Counted from the stretch's first letter, positions 20,101 to 29,565 are shown. The stretch: 64,000 bases of DNA from Nitrospirota bacterium (GCA_963751455.1 CAVVUN010000015.1:1312001-1376000), one strand, 5' to 3'. Numbers and translations: made by a program. The notes: generated by a model not told the origin, from the sequence alone.

Positions 20101-21453
20101 CTCCTCGGAGGTATATCCGAAGGCCGTCTGGGTGCTGGTGATGCCGGCGTCCGCTTCAGGGTCCCGCTCCGGCCGCGGCGGCACCTCGAGACGATGCTTT
20201 TCGAGCCAGATCCGGTACGGCTTTCTCGACGCGAGATAGCGCACGATATCAGCCGTGGTCCGCACAACGCCGGTTTTCAGATGCACAGAGACGATTTCAC
20301 CGGGCCCGAGCCGTCCTTTTTCGCGAACGCGCCTTTGGCCGAGGTCGACCATGCCCGTTTCCGACCCGAGTATAAGAAGCCCATCTTTGGTCAGGATATA
20401 TCTGAGCGGCCTCAATCCGTTCCGGTCCAGGTGGGCGCCGATTATATCGCCGTCCGTGAAGACGACGGCAGCGGGCCCGTCCCAGGCCCGCATGAGCAGC
20501 GAGTGAAACTCGAAGAACGCCTGTTCGTCCGGCTCGAGCTCGGACTGCTCCCATATCGGCGGAATGCAGGTCATTACCGCGTGTTCCGGCGAGTAGCCTG
20601 AAAGAACGAGTAATTCCACGATGCGGTCGAGCGAGGCCGAGTCGCTTTCATCCGGATCGATCAGGGGCCTGAGGGTATCGGCCTGCTCTCCGAATATCTC
20701 ATGCTGTATTTCGTGCTCCAACGCAGCCATCGCGTTTCGGTTGCCCTGGAGCGTGTTTATTTCGCCGTTGTGCGCCAGCACGCGGAAGGGCTGCGCCAGG
20801 GTCCAATCGGGCGCTGTATTGGTCGAAAATCTTTCATGGAATATGCAGAAGGCGGATTCGAAGGATTCATCCGCGAGGTCGGGAAAGCATGAGGCGAGAT
20901 GACGGGCGGTAACCATTCCTTTATAAACCATGGTGCGCGATGAAAGGGAACACACGTATATGCTTCGGCCGAGCTGCTTTTCCAGAGCCCTTCTGACAAG
21001 GTACAGAAGGGGTTCTTTTCCGGCTTCGGCTATCCCGTCCGTGTCTATCAGCAGTTGTCTGATCCTCGGCCGCGACCTGAGCGCGAGGGAACCGAGAGCG
21101 TCTTCATTGACCGGCACATCCCTCCAGCCGACCGGCTCCACGTTGAATCTGGCGATTGTCCGTTCGATGTTGGTTTCAACGTTGTCATACAGGAAAACGA
21201 ACGCGGCAGCGAGGTTTCCGGGCTTGGGGACGGCATAGCCGAGGGTGGTCATCTGCCGTTCCAGAAATATGCGCGGAAGCTGTGTGAGTATCCCGGCGCC
21301 GTCCCCGCTTTTCCCGTCGGCACTGACCGCGCCCCGGTGTGTTAGATTAGCGGCCGCTTCAAGACCCATTGACACGATCTGATGGCTGGCCGTTCCCGTT
21401 GTATCGCAGACGAGGCCTACACCGCATGAGGCTGATGAGTTGAAGTAGGGCAT
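17131..21453 (-). CDS. gltB: Glutamate synthase large subunit
   Basis: CGVG N-terminal GATase, HERFSTNT, AHNGEINT, SGEGGEDP, QGAKPGEGG, CVMARQCHMNTCPTG, GXGXG domain. Confidence 0.97.
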   Translation of the reverse strand: MPYFNSSASCGVGLVCDTTGTASHQIVSMGLEAAANLTHRGAVSADGKSGDGAGILTQLPRIFLERQMTTLGYAVPKPGNLAAAFVFLYDNVETNIERTIARFNVEPVGWRDVPVNEDALGSLALRSRPRIRQLLIDTDGIAEAGKEPLLYLVRRALEKQLGRSIYVCSLSSRTMVYKGMVTARHLASCFPDLADESFESAFCIFHERFSTNTAPDWTLAQPFRVLAHNGEINTLQGNRNAMAALEHEIQHEIFGEQADTLRPLIDPDESDSASLDRIVELLVLSGYSPEHAVMTCIPPIWEQSELEPDEQAFFEFHSLLMRAWDGPAAVVFTDGDIIGAHLDRNGLRPLRYILTKDGLLILGSETGMVDLGQRRVREKGRLGPGEIVSVHLKTGVVRTTADIVRYLASRKPYRIWLEKHRLEVPPRPERDPEADAGITSTQTAFGYTSEEISLQLREMASTGSELVFSMGDDAPLPPLSEKPQLLFRYFKQRFSQVTNPAIDPIRERMAMSLRMNLGYKRNFLTRTPDHARRLGLRSPVITQGQLKEIEHQQIFITETIPITYLWTESDLADAVRSLQEHVVKAVTRGAEIIILSDRDVSANKAAIPSLLAVSACFKTLIDRRLSNRASIIAATGEARDVHQTACLIGYGASAVYPWLAFRTVGELCRTAAVTLAYPEACRRYVRALEDGILKVIARMGISTVASYHGARLFDSICLNRDFIEEFFTGTPAQLESDGLAEIEASLLARHRAAYEKPAPALEYGGALKQRKGGERHGWSLQAVQALNTFMKNGDYALYKDFSRIADEYPTSIKQLFDYKKKNPVAVEEVEPEAVILKRFFSGAMSVGALSPEAHETIAEACNRLGIKSNSGEGGEDPARYFTIKGSAIKQIASGRFGVTPAYLTSAEDLEIKIAQGAKPGEGGHLPGIKVTPYIGRLRHCKPGIPLISPPPHHDIYSIEDLAQLIHDLKQANPKAHVCVKLVAETGVGTVAAGVAKAYGDIVQISGCEGGTGAAAVTSIKNAGSHWELGLAETARVLMENGLRERVRLRVDGGLRTGRDVIIAALLGAEEFGFGTATMISAGCVMARQCHMNTCPTGIATQDEKLRKRFRGTTQGVMSYFSALAREVREIMAEMGVRSLAELIGRPDLLVPSPSEKAPGSFRIKLGVLTRRYPEHAARYCTIERNDNPLPSMNDRLAADLLPAIERGTAMTRRYEIRNIDRSVPIKLSHLIARKYGEAGLPDDTIRLTFTGTAGQSFGAFNHRGVSLTLYGDANDYAGKGMFGGRIAIVPSDIEDEPHKHVIVGNTVLYGAIGGEFYAAGMAGERFAVRNSGAVAVIEGAGQHLCEYMTKGIVVVLGEAGYNIGAGMTGGEIYVLDPDDRLDRRINALYVKIERVQKSEDVERLRGLLISHFRHTGSMKADDMLPVFKHALRYFKKVVPR

Positions 21454-21509
21454 GACACCTCGAAATTCATGGGGGATTCAAAAAAGCTAAACCTGAAGCT
21501 TAAATAGCT

Positions 21510-21620
21510 ATCCGCAGATTTCGCAGATTTACGCAGATATATTTACTCGAGTCAAATCAATTAGCCGCGAAAGAACGCAAGGAACGCAGAGAATCTGTAA
21601 AATCTGCGCAATCTGCGGAT
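21510..21620. repeat. Family A dispersed inverted repeat
   Basis: atccgcagatttcgcagatttacgcagat ... aatctgtaaaatctgcgcaatctgcggat. Confidence 0.85.
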
Positions 21621-21625
21621 CACAA

Positions 21626-22540
21626 TCAGAATTCAAACAGCCGCTTATTGATGTCTATCGCGGCAACTGCGCCCTCACCGGCTGCTATGATTGCCTGGTC
21701 GTTCCCGGTGTTGAGCGGACCCACTATGTACAAGCCGTTCAGGGATGATTCATACGCCTGGTTTACCACGAACTTGAACCCCTTTACATCCCGCTGCAGG
21801 CCGAGGTCCTTCAGAAACTGATCGTTCAGTTTGTAACCGAAATTCGAAAACACCGCGTTGCACGGGATCACGGTCCCGTTCTTCATCTCGATTGCCTCGA
21901 TGGCGTCTCCGCCGGAGATCTTTCTTGGCTCGCCCTTGACCAGCCGGATGCCTTCGCCTCGCAGCTCTTCCTTATAATCATCGGGAGGGTCGTAGAAATA
22001 CAGAAGCAGGGTTATGTCCCGGGTATAGCGTTCCTTTATGAAAAAGGCGAGCCGAACCGATTCTATGGTATTGCCTATGATCACGAGCTTTTTGCCGATT
22101 GTCTTGTAACCGTCGCAGTCAACGCACGTAAAGAACGAGCTCCCCAGGTATGTGTGGATGTTCTGTATGGGCGGAAAATTATCCCGGACGCCGGAGGAAA
22201 CGATTACGAATTTTGACCGATGAAGCCTGTCATTGGCCGTAATCTGGAAATGCCCTTTTTTTGCAATGGAGGTGACCAGCCCATGCTCGATCCGTACATT
22301 AAAGCTTTTTGCCTGCTGCAGTCCGACTTCAACAAGTTGCCCGCCGGATATGGCTTTCTGCGTAAGGAAGTTTTCTATTGATCTGGCGTGCGCGGTCCTG
22401 CCTCCGCCGCGGTCGATCAGCAGAACCGAGCGGTTGAAACGTCCGAGGTATATGGCTGCCTGGAGGCCGCCCGGGCCCGCGCCTATGATTAAGCAGTCGT
22501 ACAGGACATCGTCTTGTGATTTCGGTTGGCTGTTTGTCAT
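21626..22540 (-). CDS. NAD(P)/FAD-dependent oxidoreductase, thioredoxin-reductase-like
   Basis: IIGAGPGGL FAD motif, CVDCDG redox motif, C-terminal A.GEGAVAA. Confidence 0.88.
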   Translation of the reverse strand: MTNSQPKSQDDVLYDCLIIGAGPGGLQAAIYLGRFNRSVLLIDRGGGRTAHARSIENFLTQKAISGGQLVEVGLQQAKSFNVRIEHGLVTSIAKKGHFQITANDRLHRSKFVIVSSGVRDNFPPIQNIHTYLGSSFFTCVDCDGYKTIGKKLVIIGNTIESVRLAFFIKERYTRDITLLLYFYDPPDDYKEELRGEGIRLVKGEPRKISGGDAIEAIEMKNGTVIPCNAVFSNFGYKLNDQFLKDLGLQRDVKGFKFVVNQAYESSLNGLYIVGPLNTGNDQAIIAAGEGAVAAIDINKRLFEF

Positions 22541-22588
22541 CGGATTATTGGCATTATGGAAAAAATCTTAACGCTTGAACCGTTTTTT

Positions 22589-22671
22589 ATCCGCAGATTA
22601 CACAGATTTCGCAGACACAACCAGACCCGAATCCAGGTTTTAAAATCTGCCGTCATCTGCGAAATCTGCGG
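22589..22671. repeat. Family A dispersed inverted repeat
   Basis: atccgcagattacacagatttcgcagac ... atctgccgtcatctgcgaaatctgcgg. Confidence 0.85.
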
Positions 22672-22684
22672 GGAGAAGCGTTTT

Positions 22685-23296
22685 TCAGCTGTTCATCAGG
22701 AAAGCGCATAGCCTTCGCTCGAAATCGTCATATGTCGTGTAATGGATCGTATGCAGACCCGCGCTTTTTGCCCGTCCGACGTGGTCAATATTGTCGTCTA
22801 TGAAAAGCGCTTCCCCTGTTGTTATTCCGAGATGGCCGCACACCTCCGCGAATATGGATGGGTCACGTTTGCTTTTGTGATACGTGAACGAATTGAAGAC
22901 CCGGTCAAAATGCCTGAACAGCAGCATGGAGCGGTCAAGTTCCTCTAGCCAGTTCGTCTGGTCGCTCAACAGCGCGACCGTCAGCGCTCTGGACCTCAGT
23001 ATATCAGCATAGGCGATGAGCGCCGGCCTCGGAACGAACCGTTTTAGTATTTCATCCCGAAGTTCTCGGTCCGTGCCGGTAACTCCCGTGCGTGCTCTCA
23101 GCAACTTCCAGTACTCGGGCTCTTCGTTCATCCCGCTCAGATACCCGCTTTCGAAAATCAGTGAATCCGCGGTTGCGTAAAAACTGTCCGGATCGAGCCG
23201 GTTCTTTTCGGCGATCGCCTTCAGGCCTTCCCGGAACCCCTCTTCGGCCAGAACGCCGCCGAAATCAAAAAGAACTGCTTTTATTTTGTACGGCAT
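22685..23296 (-). CDS. HAD-superfamily phosphatase
   Basis: FDFGGVL motif I, K.DP.IF, FIDD...V..A...G. Confidence 0.9.
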   Translation of the reverse strand: MPYKIKAVLFDFGGVLAEEGFREGLKAIAEKNRLDPDSFYATADSLIFESGYLSGMNEEPEYWKLLRARTGVTGTDRELRDEILKRFVPRPALIAYADILRSRALTVALLSDQTNWLEELDRSMLLFRHFDRVFNSFTYHKSKRDPSIFAEVCGHLGITTGEALFIDDNIDHVGRAKSAGLHTIHYTTYDDFERRLCAFLMNS

Positions 23297-23493
23297 CCAT
23301 CGCCCCCGATTCCCGTATTCGGCGGATAACTTCCTACATATAATTATAGCGGCTAATCTTGAGGCTCAGGACGACAAACGAACTAGGAAAGGAAGGTATT
23401 TTATTGGGGCGTTTCCGCGGTATGGGCAGAACAATATACGTTGTTTTTGGTTTTTCGGTTGTGGTAGAATGGGTCACGAAAAAAGGAGGACAG

Positions 23494-24156
23494 GTGAGAC
23501 GGCATTCCGAATTTGCGGTTGTATTGATTTTGGCTGTTGCCGCCCTTCTGGCAATGGGGGCGTCCCCGCGGATTACGCTTTCGCCCTACGCCGAGGCGGT
23601 TGCAAAGATTATCAAGTTCGATCGGAAGGTCATGATCATCATGAAGCAAGAGTCGGGGGCCACCATTCAGCGGCTCATCGGGTACGATGAAGATGATTAT
23701 CAGATAATCGCTGACGGCGTTTGCGTGGCCGTTCCTGATGACCGGACCGACATAATTCTGGACGTGCTGCGGAAAAAATTGACGCCTCTCAAGTACATGC
23801 CCTTTGTTGTCGAAATGAACGCAGGGATTAAGACGGACAAGATCGGGGTCCTCAAGGGGACCGACCAGTATGAAATATTGAGGATCATGCACACTGACGG
23901 CGAGGAGTATGACATTTCGAATGAGGATGTGATTGACCGGTTGAAGGAATGGGAAAAAATATCATCCTTCGACATAATCGGCGCGGATTATGACTGGGTA
24001 GAGATAGAGTTTAAAAAACTTCCCAAAGACTTGAAGGCGTTTTCCGAAGAGGTATATGATTTCTGCCCGGATGCCGTGGACCAGGGGCAGGGAACCCCTG
24101 CCGGGCTTGCAAAAGAGATCCAGCAGACAAAGAAGCTGTTTCTCTGGTGGGATTAA
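23494..24156 (+). CDS. DUF4253-domain protein
   Basis: C-terminal FCPDAVDQG...LA.....K.LFLWWD; GTG start after SD aaggagga. Confidence 0.8.
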   Translation: MRRHSEFAVVLILAVAALLAMGASPRITLSPYAEAVAKIIKFDRKVMIIMKQESGATIQRLIGYDEDDYQIIADGVCVAVPDDRTDIILDVLRKKLTPLKYMPFVVEMNAGIKTDKIGVLKGTDQYEILRIMHTDGEEYDISNEDVIDRLKEWEKISSFDIIGADYDWVEIEFKKLPKDLKAFSEEVYDFCPDAVDQGQGTPAGLAKEIQQTKKLFLWWD

Positions 24157-24181
24157 GGATGCGGTAACGCGCGAAGATAAA

Positions 24182-24209
24182 AAACCAGGCGGCAGATGCC
24201 GCCTGGTTT
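24182..24209. terminator. Bidirectional intrinsic terminator
   Basis: aaaccaggcggc-agat-gccgcctggttt between convergent genes with A/T tracts on both sides. Confidence 0.75.
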
Positions 24210-24280
24210 AATTTTTTATTGTTGCTTACAGGAAAACTTATTTCCGCTTTGTATAAAATGAATTAGCGGTATGGAAAAAA

Positions 24281-24478
24281 CTACTTTGTTGCCGTAGGTG
24301 CAGAAGCTGTATCTTCTTTTGCGGCTTTCTTTGCTTTCTTTGCCTTCTTTTTCTTCGCCTTCTTGGCCGGAGCAGCCTTCTCAGTCCCGGTCGGGGCTGT
24401 TGCCTGGTCCGCGGCAAACGCTACGCCGAGGGTCAATGCAAATATTGCTGCCGTGAAAAGAGCTATTAATTTCTTCAT
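24281..24478 (-). CDS. Small secreted Lys/Ala-rich protein
   Basis: Signal peptide ending AFA, KKAKKKKAKKAKK tract, strong SD ggaggtg. Confidence 0.85.
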   Translation of the reverse strand: MKKLIALFTAAIFALTLGVAFAADQATAPTGTEKAAPAKKAKKKKAKKAKKAAKEDTASAPTATK

Positions 24479-24650
24479 TTTTGTTCACCTCCTTCCTGCT
24501 TTGGAATGACATCAAGTTAACAAATCTGCATCTTGATGTCAAGTTTCAAATGATGAGATCGATTATCCGAATCCGGGCAAGGCGTTGTGCCGGCGAGCGG
24601 TCCTCGGGAACCGGGAGATTTAAATAAAATGAGCAAAAACAGACATTTCC

Positions 24651-24679
24651 TTGACAAATAATTGCTGGTCGGTTAAAGT
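24651..24679 (+). promoter_or_regulatory. Sigma70-like promoter
   Basis: TTGACA-17 nt-TAAAGT upstream of 24701. Confidence 0.55.
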
Positions 24680-24700
24680 ACCGCGCTAGGGGGGTGTTCC

Positions 24701-25099
24701 ATGAATCGTTATCCCATTCTGATTATAGCTGTTTTGTTTGCCGCCTTGATTACAGGGGCATGCTCAAAAGGATATGAATCGCAAAAAACAGTAAATGATC
24801 TCAGAATAACTCTTTCGGTCGACCGCTATCCGCTTGTGAAAGGCGACAATGTACTGAAAATAAAGACAGCGGACGCCTCGGGGAAGGCCTTCACTGATGC
24901 GGTCATCAGCGCACGCTACTATATGCCTCCGATGGCGGGCATGGCGCCCATGGATTTCAATACTCAGGCAATCCTTCAGGGCGACCACTATGCGTTCTCT
25001 GCAGATATCCCTATGGAAGGCGGATGGAAAGTTGAAGTGTCGATTGCCCGGGCGGGGAACGCCTCATCGCCGGTCACCTTCAATCTTGATGCACGATAG
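24701..25099 (+). CDS. FixH/YtkA-like lipoprotein (metal-efflux associated)
   Basis: Lipobox TGAC; P..KG.N, YYMPPMAGMAPM, PMEGGWKVEV motifs. Confidence 0.8.
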   Translation: MNRYPILIIAVLFAALITGACSKGYESQKTVNDLRITLSVDRYPLVKGDNVLKIKTADASGKAFTDAVISARYYMPPMAGMAPMDFNTQAILQGDHYAFSADIPMEGGWKVEVSIARAGNASSPVTFNLDAR

Positions 25100-25165
25100 T
25101 GGGCAGGAGCCTTTTCTATCGATCTGCGCAGGGATTGCAAATTCGATAGGGTATGCATATAGACC

Positions 25166-26272
25166 ATGAAGACATACCGGTTCAGCGGCTTTAAAGGCAT
25201 CAGGGCGGTCATTTTGGCCGGCCTTTTGACGCTTGTTACGTTTATTCATTACCTCGCAGGCGGCGCGCAGGCGGGCATGCTGCACAGCCTTCTCGGTCAT
25301 CTGTATATCGTGCCCATCATTATGGGCGCATACTGGTACGGAATCAAGGGAGGAGTCAGCGTTTCCATAGCTTCCACAGCGCTGTTCTCGCCGCATCTGT
25401 TTCTGCACTGGCATGATCCTTTTTTAGACGTATACAACTACATTGAAATTTTCCTTTTTCTGCTGCTTGGCGGTGTTACCGGCGTTTTGAGCCAGATGGA
25501 GCGGAATCAACGGCTGCGCCATGAGGATGCGCTTGTAAAGCTCGATGAGTCGCATAGAAAATTAAAAGAGCAGACGGATATCCTGTTCCAGACCGAGGAG
25601 CAGCTGAGGAGGGCGGACCGGCTGTCCGCGCTGGGCGAGCTTTCCGCCGGTATGGCGCATGAAATACGGAACCCGCTTGGATCGATCAAAGGCGCGGTCG
25701 AAATTTTAAAGGACGATTATTCGCCTGACGAGGCGAAGTACGAGTTCATACAGATTCTCCTGAAGGAAACGGACCGCTTGAATAACATCCTGCAGGAATT
25801 CCTCAGTTTTGCCAAGCCGAAGCAGCCGGAGCTTCAACGCGCTGATTTGAATGATTCGGTCGAGTCAGTGCTTACCTTGACGACGCAGCAGGCGAGGAAG
25901 GCGGGTGTCCGGGTTGAAAAAAAGCTCGATCCCGCAATCGGCGAGCAAAGCCTTGACGCGGGCCTGCTCAAGCAGGCCTTGCTGAACCTGATCTTGAACG
26001 CGATACAGGCCATGCCGGGCGGCGGTGTTTTGTCCGTTGAAACGCGCCGGCAGGCAGGTGCAGTAGAGATCAGGGTCGCGGACACCGGGACGGGCATACC
26101 AGAAGAAAACCGGAAAAAGCTTTTCAGCCCTTTTTTCACGACCAGAAAGAACGGCACCGGCCTGGGCCTCGCCATTACGTACCGGATAATCGAGAACCAT
26201 CACGGCAAGATAGACGTTGCCAGCGAGCCGGGAAAAGGCACTACGTTCACGATTACGATACCGATTCAATAA
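25166..26272 (+). CDS. Membrane sensor histidine kinase (His-rich TM region)
   Basis: AGMAHEIRNPL, NA.QAM, DTGTGI, FSPFFTT, GTGLGL. Confidence 0.92.
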   Translation: MKTYRFSGFKGIRAVILAGLLTLVTFIHYLAGGAQAGMLHSLLGHLYIVPIIMGAYWYGIKGGVSVSIASTALFSPHLFLHWHDPFLDVYNYIEIFLFLLLGGVTGVLSQMERNQRLRHEDALVKLDESHRKLKEQTDILFQTEEQLRRADRLSALGELSAGMAHEIRNPLGSIKGAVEILKDDYSPDEAKYEFIQILLKETDRLNNILQEFLSFAKPKQPELQRADLNDSVESVLTLTTQQARKAGVRVEKKLDPAIGEQSLDAGLLKQALLNLILNAIQAMPGGGVLSVETRRQAGAVEIRVADTGTGIPEENRKKLFSPFFTTRKNGTGLGLAITYRIIENHHGKIDVASEPGKGTTFTITIPIQ

Positions 26273-26286
26273 AAGAGGAAACCTCT

Positions 26287-26566
26287 ATCCGCAGATTACA
26301 CAGATAGACGCAGATTTAAAAGATTTAAGTTTGATGCATTCGTAAGAAGTCAGAAAACACCCGATTTCGTCATACCGGCGAACGCCGGTATCCAGTCTTT
26401 TCAATAAGTTCGATAACCACTGGACCCCGGTTTTCACCGGGGAGACGACTTTTTACGAGATCTTTAAGTTTTTCCAAGATATAATCTCTGAATAATAGAT
26501 TACCTCAGAAGAAATGAAACCGGAGTTCTAGTCTATGTCTCTGCGAAATCTGCGCAATCTGCGGAT
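26287..26566. repeat. Family A repeat with nested three-layer element (26330-26467)
   Basis: atccgcagattacacagat...tttgatgcattcgtaagaagtc-cgtcataccggcgaacgccggtatccagt...actggaccccggttttcaccggggagacg-actttttacgag...atctgcgcaatctgcggat. Confidence 0.8.
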
Positions 26567-26578
26567 TGAGAACTTGAC

Positions 26579-27931
26579 ATGAAAAAGCAATCAATACTTC
26601 TCATAGACGATGACGACAGCCTGCGACGGGTAATGGAGTTCAGCCTGACCGAGGCGGGGTACACGGTGCGCGCTGCCGCAAACGGCGAGGAGGGCCTCCG
26701 TCTCTTCGATCAGGACTCGTTTAATGCGGTCATCACCGACATTACGATGCCGGGCATGAGCGGCATGGACGTGCTTGCGAAGATCAGAAAACTGAATGAG
26801 CTGGTTCCCGTTATTGTCATTACCGCTTACGGGACTATCGAAAGCGCTGTGGATGCGATGAAGAAGGGGGCCTTCGATTATATTACCAAGCCGTTCAACC
26901 GCGATGAGCTGAGGCTTACGCTGGAAAAGGCCCTCAAAATGCGGCGACTCGAAAAGGAAAACGTTGAGCTTCGCGCGCAGGTCACCGAGCGGTACCGCTT
27001 CGAAAGCATCATCGGCGCCGGCCAAAGGATCAAAGACGTGCTGGATATGGCCGGACGGGTGGCTGTGAGCGACGCGAGCGTGCTGATTACGGGAGAAAGC
27101 GGGACCGGCAAGGAACTCCTGGCAAAAGGCATTCATTTTAACAGCCGCCGCACAGACGGCCCGTTTGTCGCGATCAACTGCGCGGCAATTCCGGAAAACC
27201 TCATTGAGAGCGAACTCTTCGGACATGTGAAGGGCTCTTTCACAGGGGCTGTCAAGGACCGGGAAGGCAAATTCGAGCAGGCCGACGGGGGCACCCTGTT
27301 CCTCGATGAGATCGGCGAGCTCCGTGTCGAGCTGCAGGCCAAGATCCTGCGGGCCCTCCAGGAGCGGCAGGTGGACCGGGTGGGCGGGACCCGGCCGATA
27401 GACGTGGACGTCCGCGTGATTGCAGCAACAAACAAGGATGTGGACCGGGCGGTCAAGGAGGGAAGCTTCCGCGAAGATCTTTATTACCGGCTGAGCGTGG
27501 TTACTCTCCAGATGCCGCCTCTCAGAGAACGGAGAGAGGACATACCGCTGCTGGTCAATTATTTTTTGAAAAAATTCAACCGGGACGAGGACGTAAGGCT
27601 CGATCCCGAAGCCTTGTCGGTTATGAAAGGATACGGCTGGCCGGGAAACGTGCGAGAGCTTGAGAATGTGATTGAACGGGCATCGGTGCTGAGGCGCAGC
27701 GCAGTGATTACAGGGTCTGATCTGCCTGACAAGCTGAAAAAGGAAAAAACAGACGTTTTACAGGTCATCCTCAATCTTCCGGACGAGGGCATCTCTCTGG
27801 AAGAGCTTGAGAAGAGCCTTATTATGAAAGCCCTCGATACGCACCACGGCAACCAGACGCGGGCCGCAGAATATCTGGGCATTACCAGGCCCACTCTCAT
27901 ATACCGCATGGAAAAGTACGGGATCAAGTAG
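26579..27931 (+). CDS. Sigma54-dependent Fis-family response regulator (NtrC/ZraR-like)
   Basis: REC domain, GESGTGKE, ELFGHVKGSFTGA, FLDEIG, WPGNVREL, C-terminal HTH. Confidence 0.95.
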   Translation: MKKQSILLIDDDDSLRRVMEFSLTEAGYTVRAAANGEEGLRLFDQDSFNAVITDITMPGMSGMDVLAKIRKLNELVPVIVITAYGTIESAVDAMKKGAFDYITKPFNRDELRLTLEKALKMRRLEKENVELRAQVTERYRFESIIGAGQRIKDVLDMAGRVAVSDASVLITGESGTGKELLAKGIHFNSRRTDGPFVAINCAAIPENLIESELFGHVKGSFTGAVKDREGKFEQADGGTLFLDEIGELRVELQAKILRALQERQVDRVGGTRPIDVDVRVIAATNKDVDRAVKEGSFREDLYYRLSVVTLQMPPLRERREDIPLLVNYFLKKFNRDEDVRLDPEALSVMKGYGWPGNVRELENVIERASVLRRSAVITGSDLPDKLKKEKTDVLQVILNLPDEGISLEELEKSLIMKALDTHHGNQTRAAEYLGITRPTLIYRMEKYGIK

Positions 27932-27934
27932 ATC

Positions 27935-28003
27935 AGTAGCCAGGAGTCAGGAGGACTTCGGCGAGCTCAGCCGAGCCGCAGGAGTCAGAAACAGAAGACA
28001 GAA
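27935..28003. repeat. Heptamer-periodic repeat with inner palindrome
   Basis: agtagccaggagtcaggag ... caggagtcagaaacagaagacagaag around cttcggcgagctcagccgag. Confidence 0.55.
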
Positions 28004-28031
28004 GCTTATTTCATTGAATGGAGGAATTTTC

Positions 28032-28238
28032 ATGGCGAATGTAACAATCAAAGTTCAGGGAATGACTTGCAATCACTGCTCCATGCGGGTGGCAAAGGCG
28101 CTCAAGGCCGTTCCCGGCGTTCAGGATGCGAAAGTAGACCTGCAAAAAGGGGAAGCAGCAGTAACTTACGATGAGGGTAAGGTCACTTTGGAAAAGCTTT
28201 CCTCGGCAATTGTGGACGCAGGATACAAAGTGTTGTAG
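28032..28238 (+). CDS. copZ: Heavy-metal-associated (CopZ-like) chaperone
   Basis: GMTCNHC motif; 68 aa; ends AGYKV. Confidence 0.85.
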   Translation: MANVTIKVQGMTCNHCSMRVAKALKAVPGVQDAKVDLQKGEAAVTYDEGKVTLEKLSSAIVDAGYKVL

Positions 28239-28270
28239 TTTTTGTGGTGCAGTTTTCCCGGCCCGCTTGC

Positions 28271-28299
28271 TTGACAAGCGGCGGGGCTGTCAGTATAAT
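28271..28299 (+). promoter_or_regulatory. Consensus sigma70 promoter of the aldolase gene
   Basis: TTGACA-17 nt-TATAAT, perfect match. Confidence 0.75.
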
Positions 28300-28358
28300 T
28301 CTGGTGCTGAAAAGCACCCATTCCGTTATTTCTAAAAAAATAAACTATGGAGGTTACA

Positions 28359-29435
28359 ATGGCCAGGAATCTTCAGGATCTCATGCCGGCAAATGCGAGG
28401 AAAAAACTGGGAGGCGCGACAAAACTGAATGTTATTTCCTCCCATGACGTTTTCAGGTGTTTGAAAGAAGACAAGGTCATCATCATGGCGTGCAATACGA
28501 GGATCAAGCATGTCATACCGGGCATCATGCGGGCGGCAGAAGACCTCGACGCAATTGTATGCTTCGAGCTTGCAAAGAGCGAAAGCAATCTCAAGGGGGG
28601 GTATACGGGAATGACCCCCGCACAGTACGCGGACACCGTTTTCGGATATGCGCAGGCCATAAAATTCACGAAGCCGTTTTTTATCCATGGCGACCACGTA
28701 ACGACGAAAAGCCCTGATGCGGCCGTCGTAGCGGATTCACGTGACTTGATCAAGGCGCAGCTCGACGCGGGCTACACTTCGGTCGCAATCGACGCTTCTT
28801 TTAATGAAACAGACGATAATATCAAGGTAAGCTCTGAACTGGGCCGCATGGTGCTGGATGCTGGCGCCGGGCTCGAGGCGGAAGTAGGCGAGATCAAATC
28901 CACGAAAGAGGGCGGCGAGATTACAACGGTGGAAGAGGCGGTGGAGTTCATCGAGGGAATGGAGAAAGCCAAGGTGCATATGGACCTTCTCGCGATAAAC
29001 AACGGGTCAAAGCACGGCAACTACAAACCCGGAGAAGAAGTCCATATCGAACTCAACCGGACCGGAGACATTTACAATTCCATCAAGAAGTGGGGCGTCT
29101 GCATTGCGCAGCACGGCATTACCGGAACCCCGCTGGACCTCGTGGGCCAGTTTGCGGATTACGGCATCAGGAAGGGCAACGTGGGAACGAACTGGCAGAA
29201 TATCGCCCATGACTGTCTGCCCGTTGACCTCATGAACAGCATGCGCGAGTGGTGCAAAAAAGAGAACAAGGACATCAAGTTCGCGACCAAGCAGTTCCTG
29301 TCCGACATCAACTCGTTGCCTGCGGCCTGCGTAAAGCAGATAGAAGAAGCGTCGTATAAGTCAGCCCGCGACTTTATCACCGCCTTCCGGGCCAAAGGCA
29401 CGGCGTCACTGGTTGCGGCACGGCTCTGCAAATAG
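28359..29435 (+). CDS. fba: Class II fructose-bisphosphate aldolase
   Basis: IHGDH, IDAS, EAEVGEI, NGSKHG, QHGITG, KGNVGT motifs. Confidence 0.9.
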   Translation: MARNLQDLMPANARKKLGGATKLNVISSHDVFRCLKEDKVIIMACNTRIKHVIPGIMRAAEDLDAIVCFELAKSESNLKGGYTGMTPAQYADTVFGYAQAIKFTKPFFIHGDHVTTKSPDAAVVADSRDLIKAQLDAGYTSVAIDASFNETDDNIKVSSELGRMVLDAGAGLEAEVGEIKSTKEGGEITTVEEAVEFIEGMEKAKVHMDLLAINNGSKHGNYKPGEEVHIELNRTGDIYNSIKKWGVCIAQHGITGTPLDLVGQFADYGIRKGNVGTNWQNIAHDCLPVDLMNSMREWCKKENKDIKFATKQFLSDINSLPAACVKQIEEASYKSARDFITAFRAKGTASLVAARLCK

Positions 29436-29484
29436 GACTTACTCAGATTGAAGAAGTAAAACCGGATTATTGATAAAGGCATTT

Positions 29485-29565
29485 ATCCGCAGATTAACGC
29501 AGATTTTGCCGATTAAAAAGAAACTTGAATCTTTTAAATCTGCGTTAATCTGCGTAATCTGCGGA
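29485..29565. repeat. Family A dispersed inverted repeat
   Basis: atccgcagattaacgcagattt ... aaatctgcgttaatctgcgtaatctgcggat. Confidence 0.85.

Noticed and set aside
17425-21345. Many long antisense and overlapping ORFs within gltB and other GC-rich genes
   Set aside because: Shadow ORFs expected from codon bias; no recognisable motifs or SD sites.
24577-24592. Sigma54 promoter for the small Lys-rich protein
   Set aside because: The GG-to-GC spacing is 11 nt rather than the required 10.
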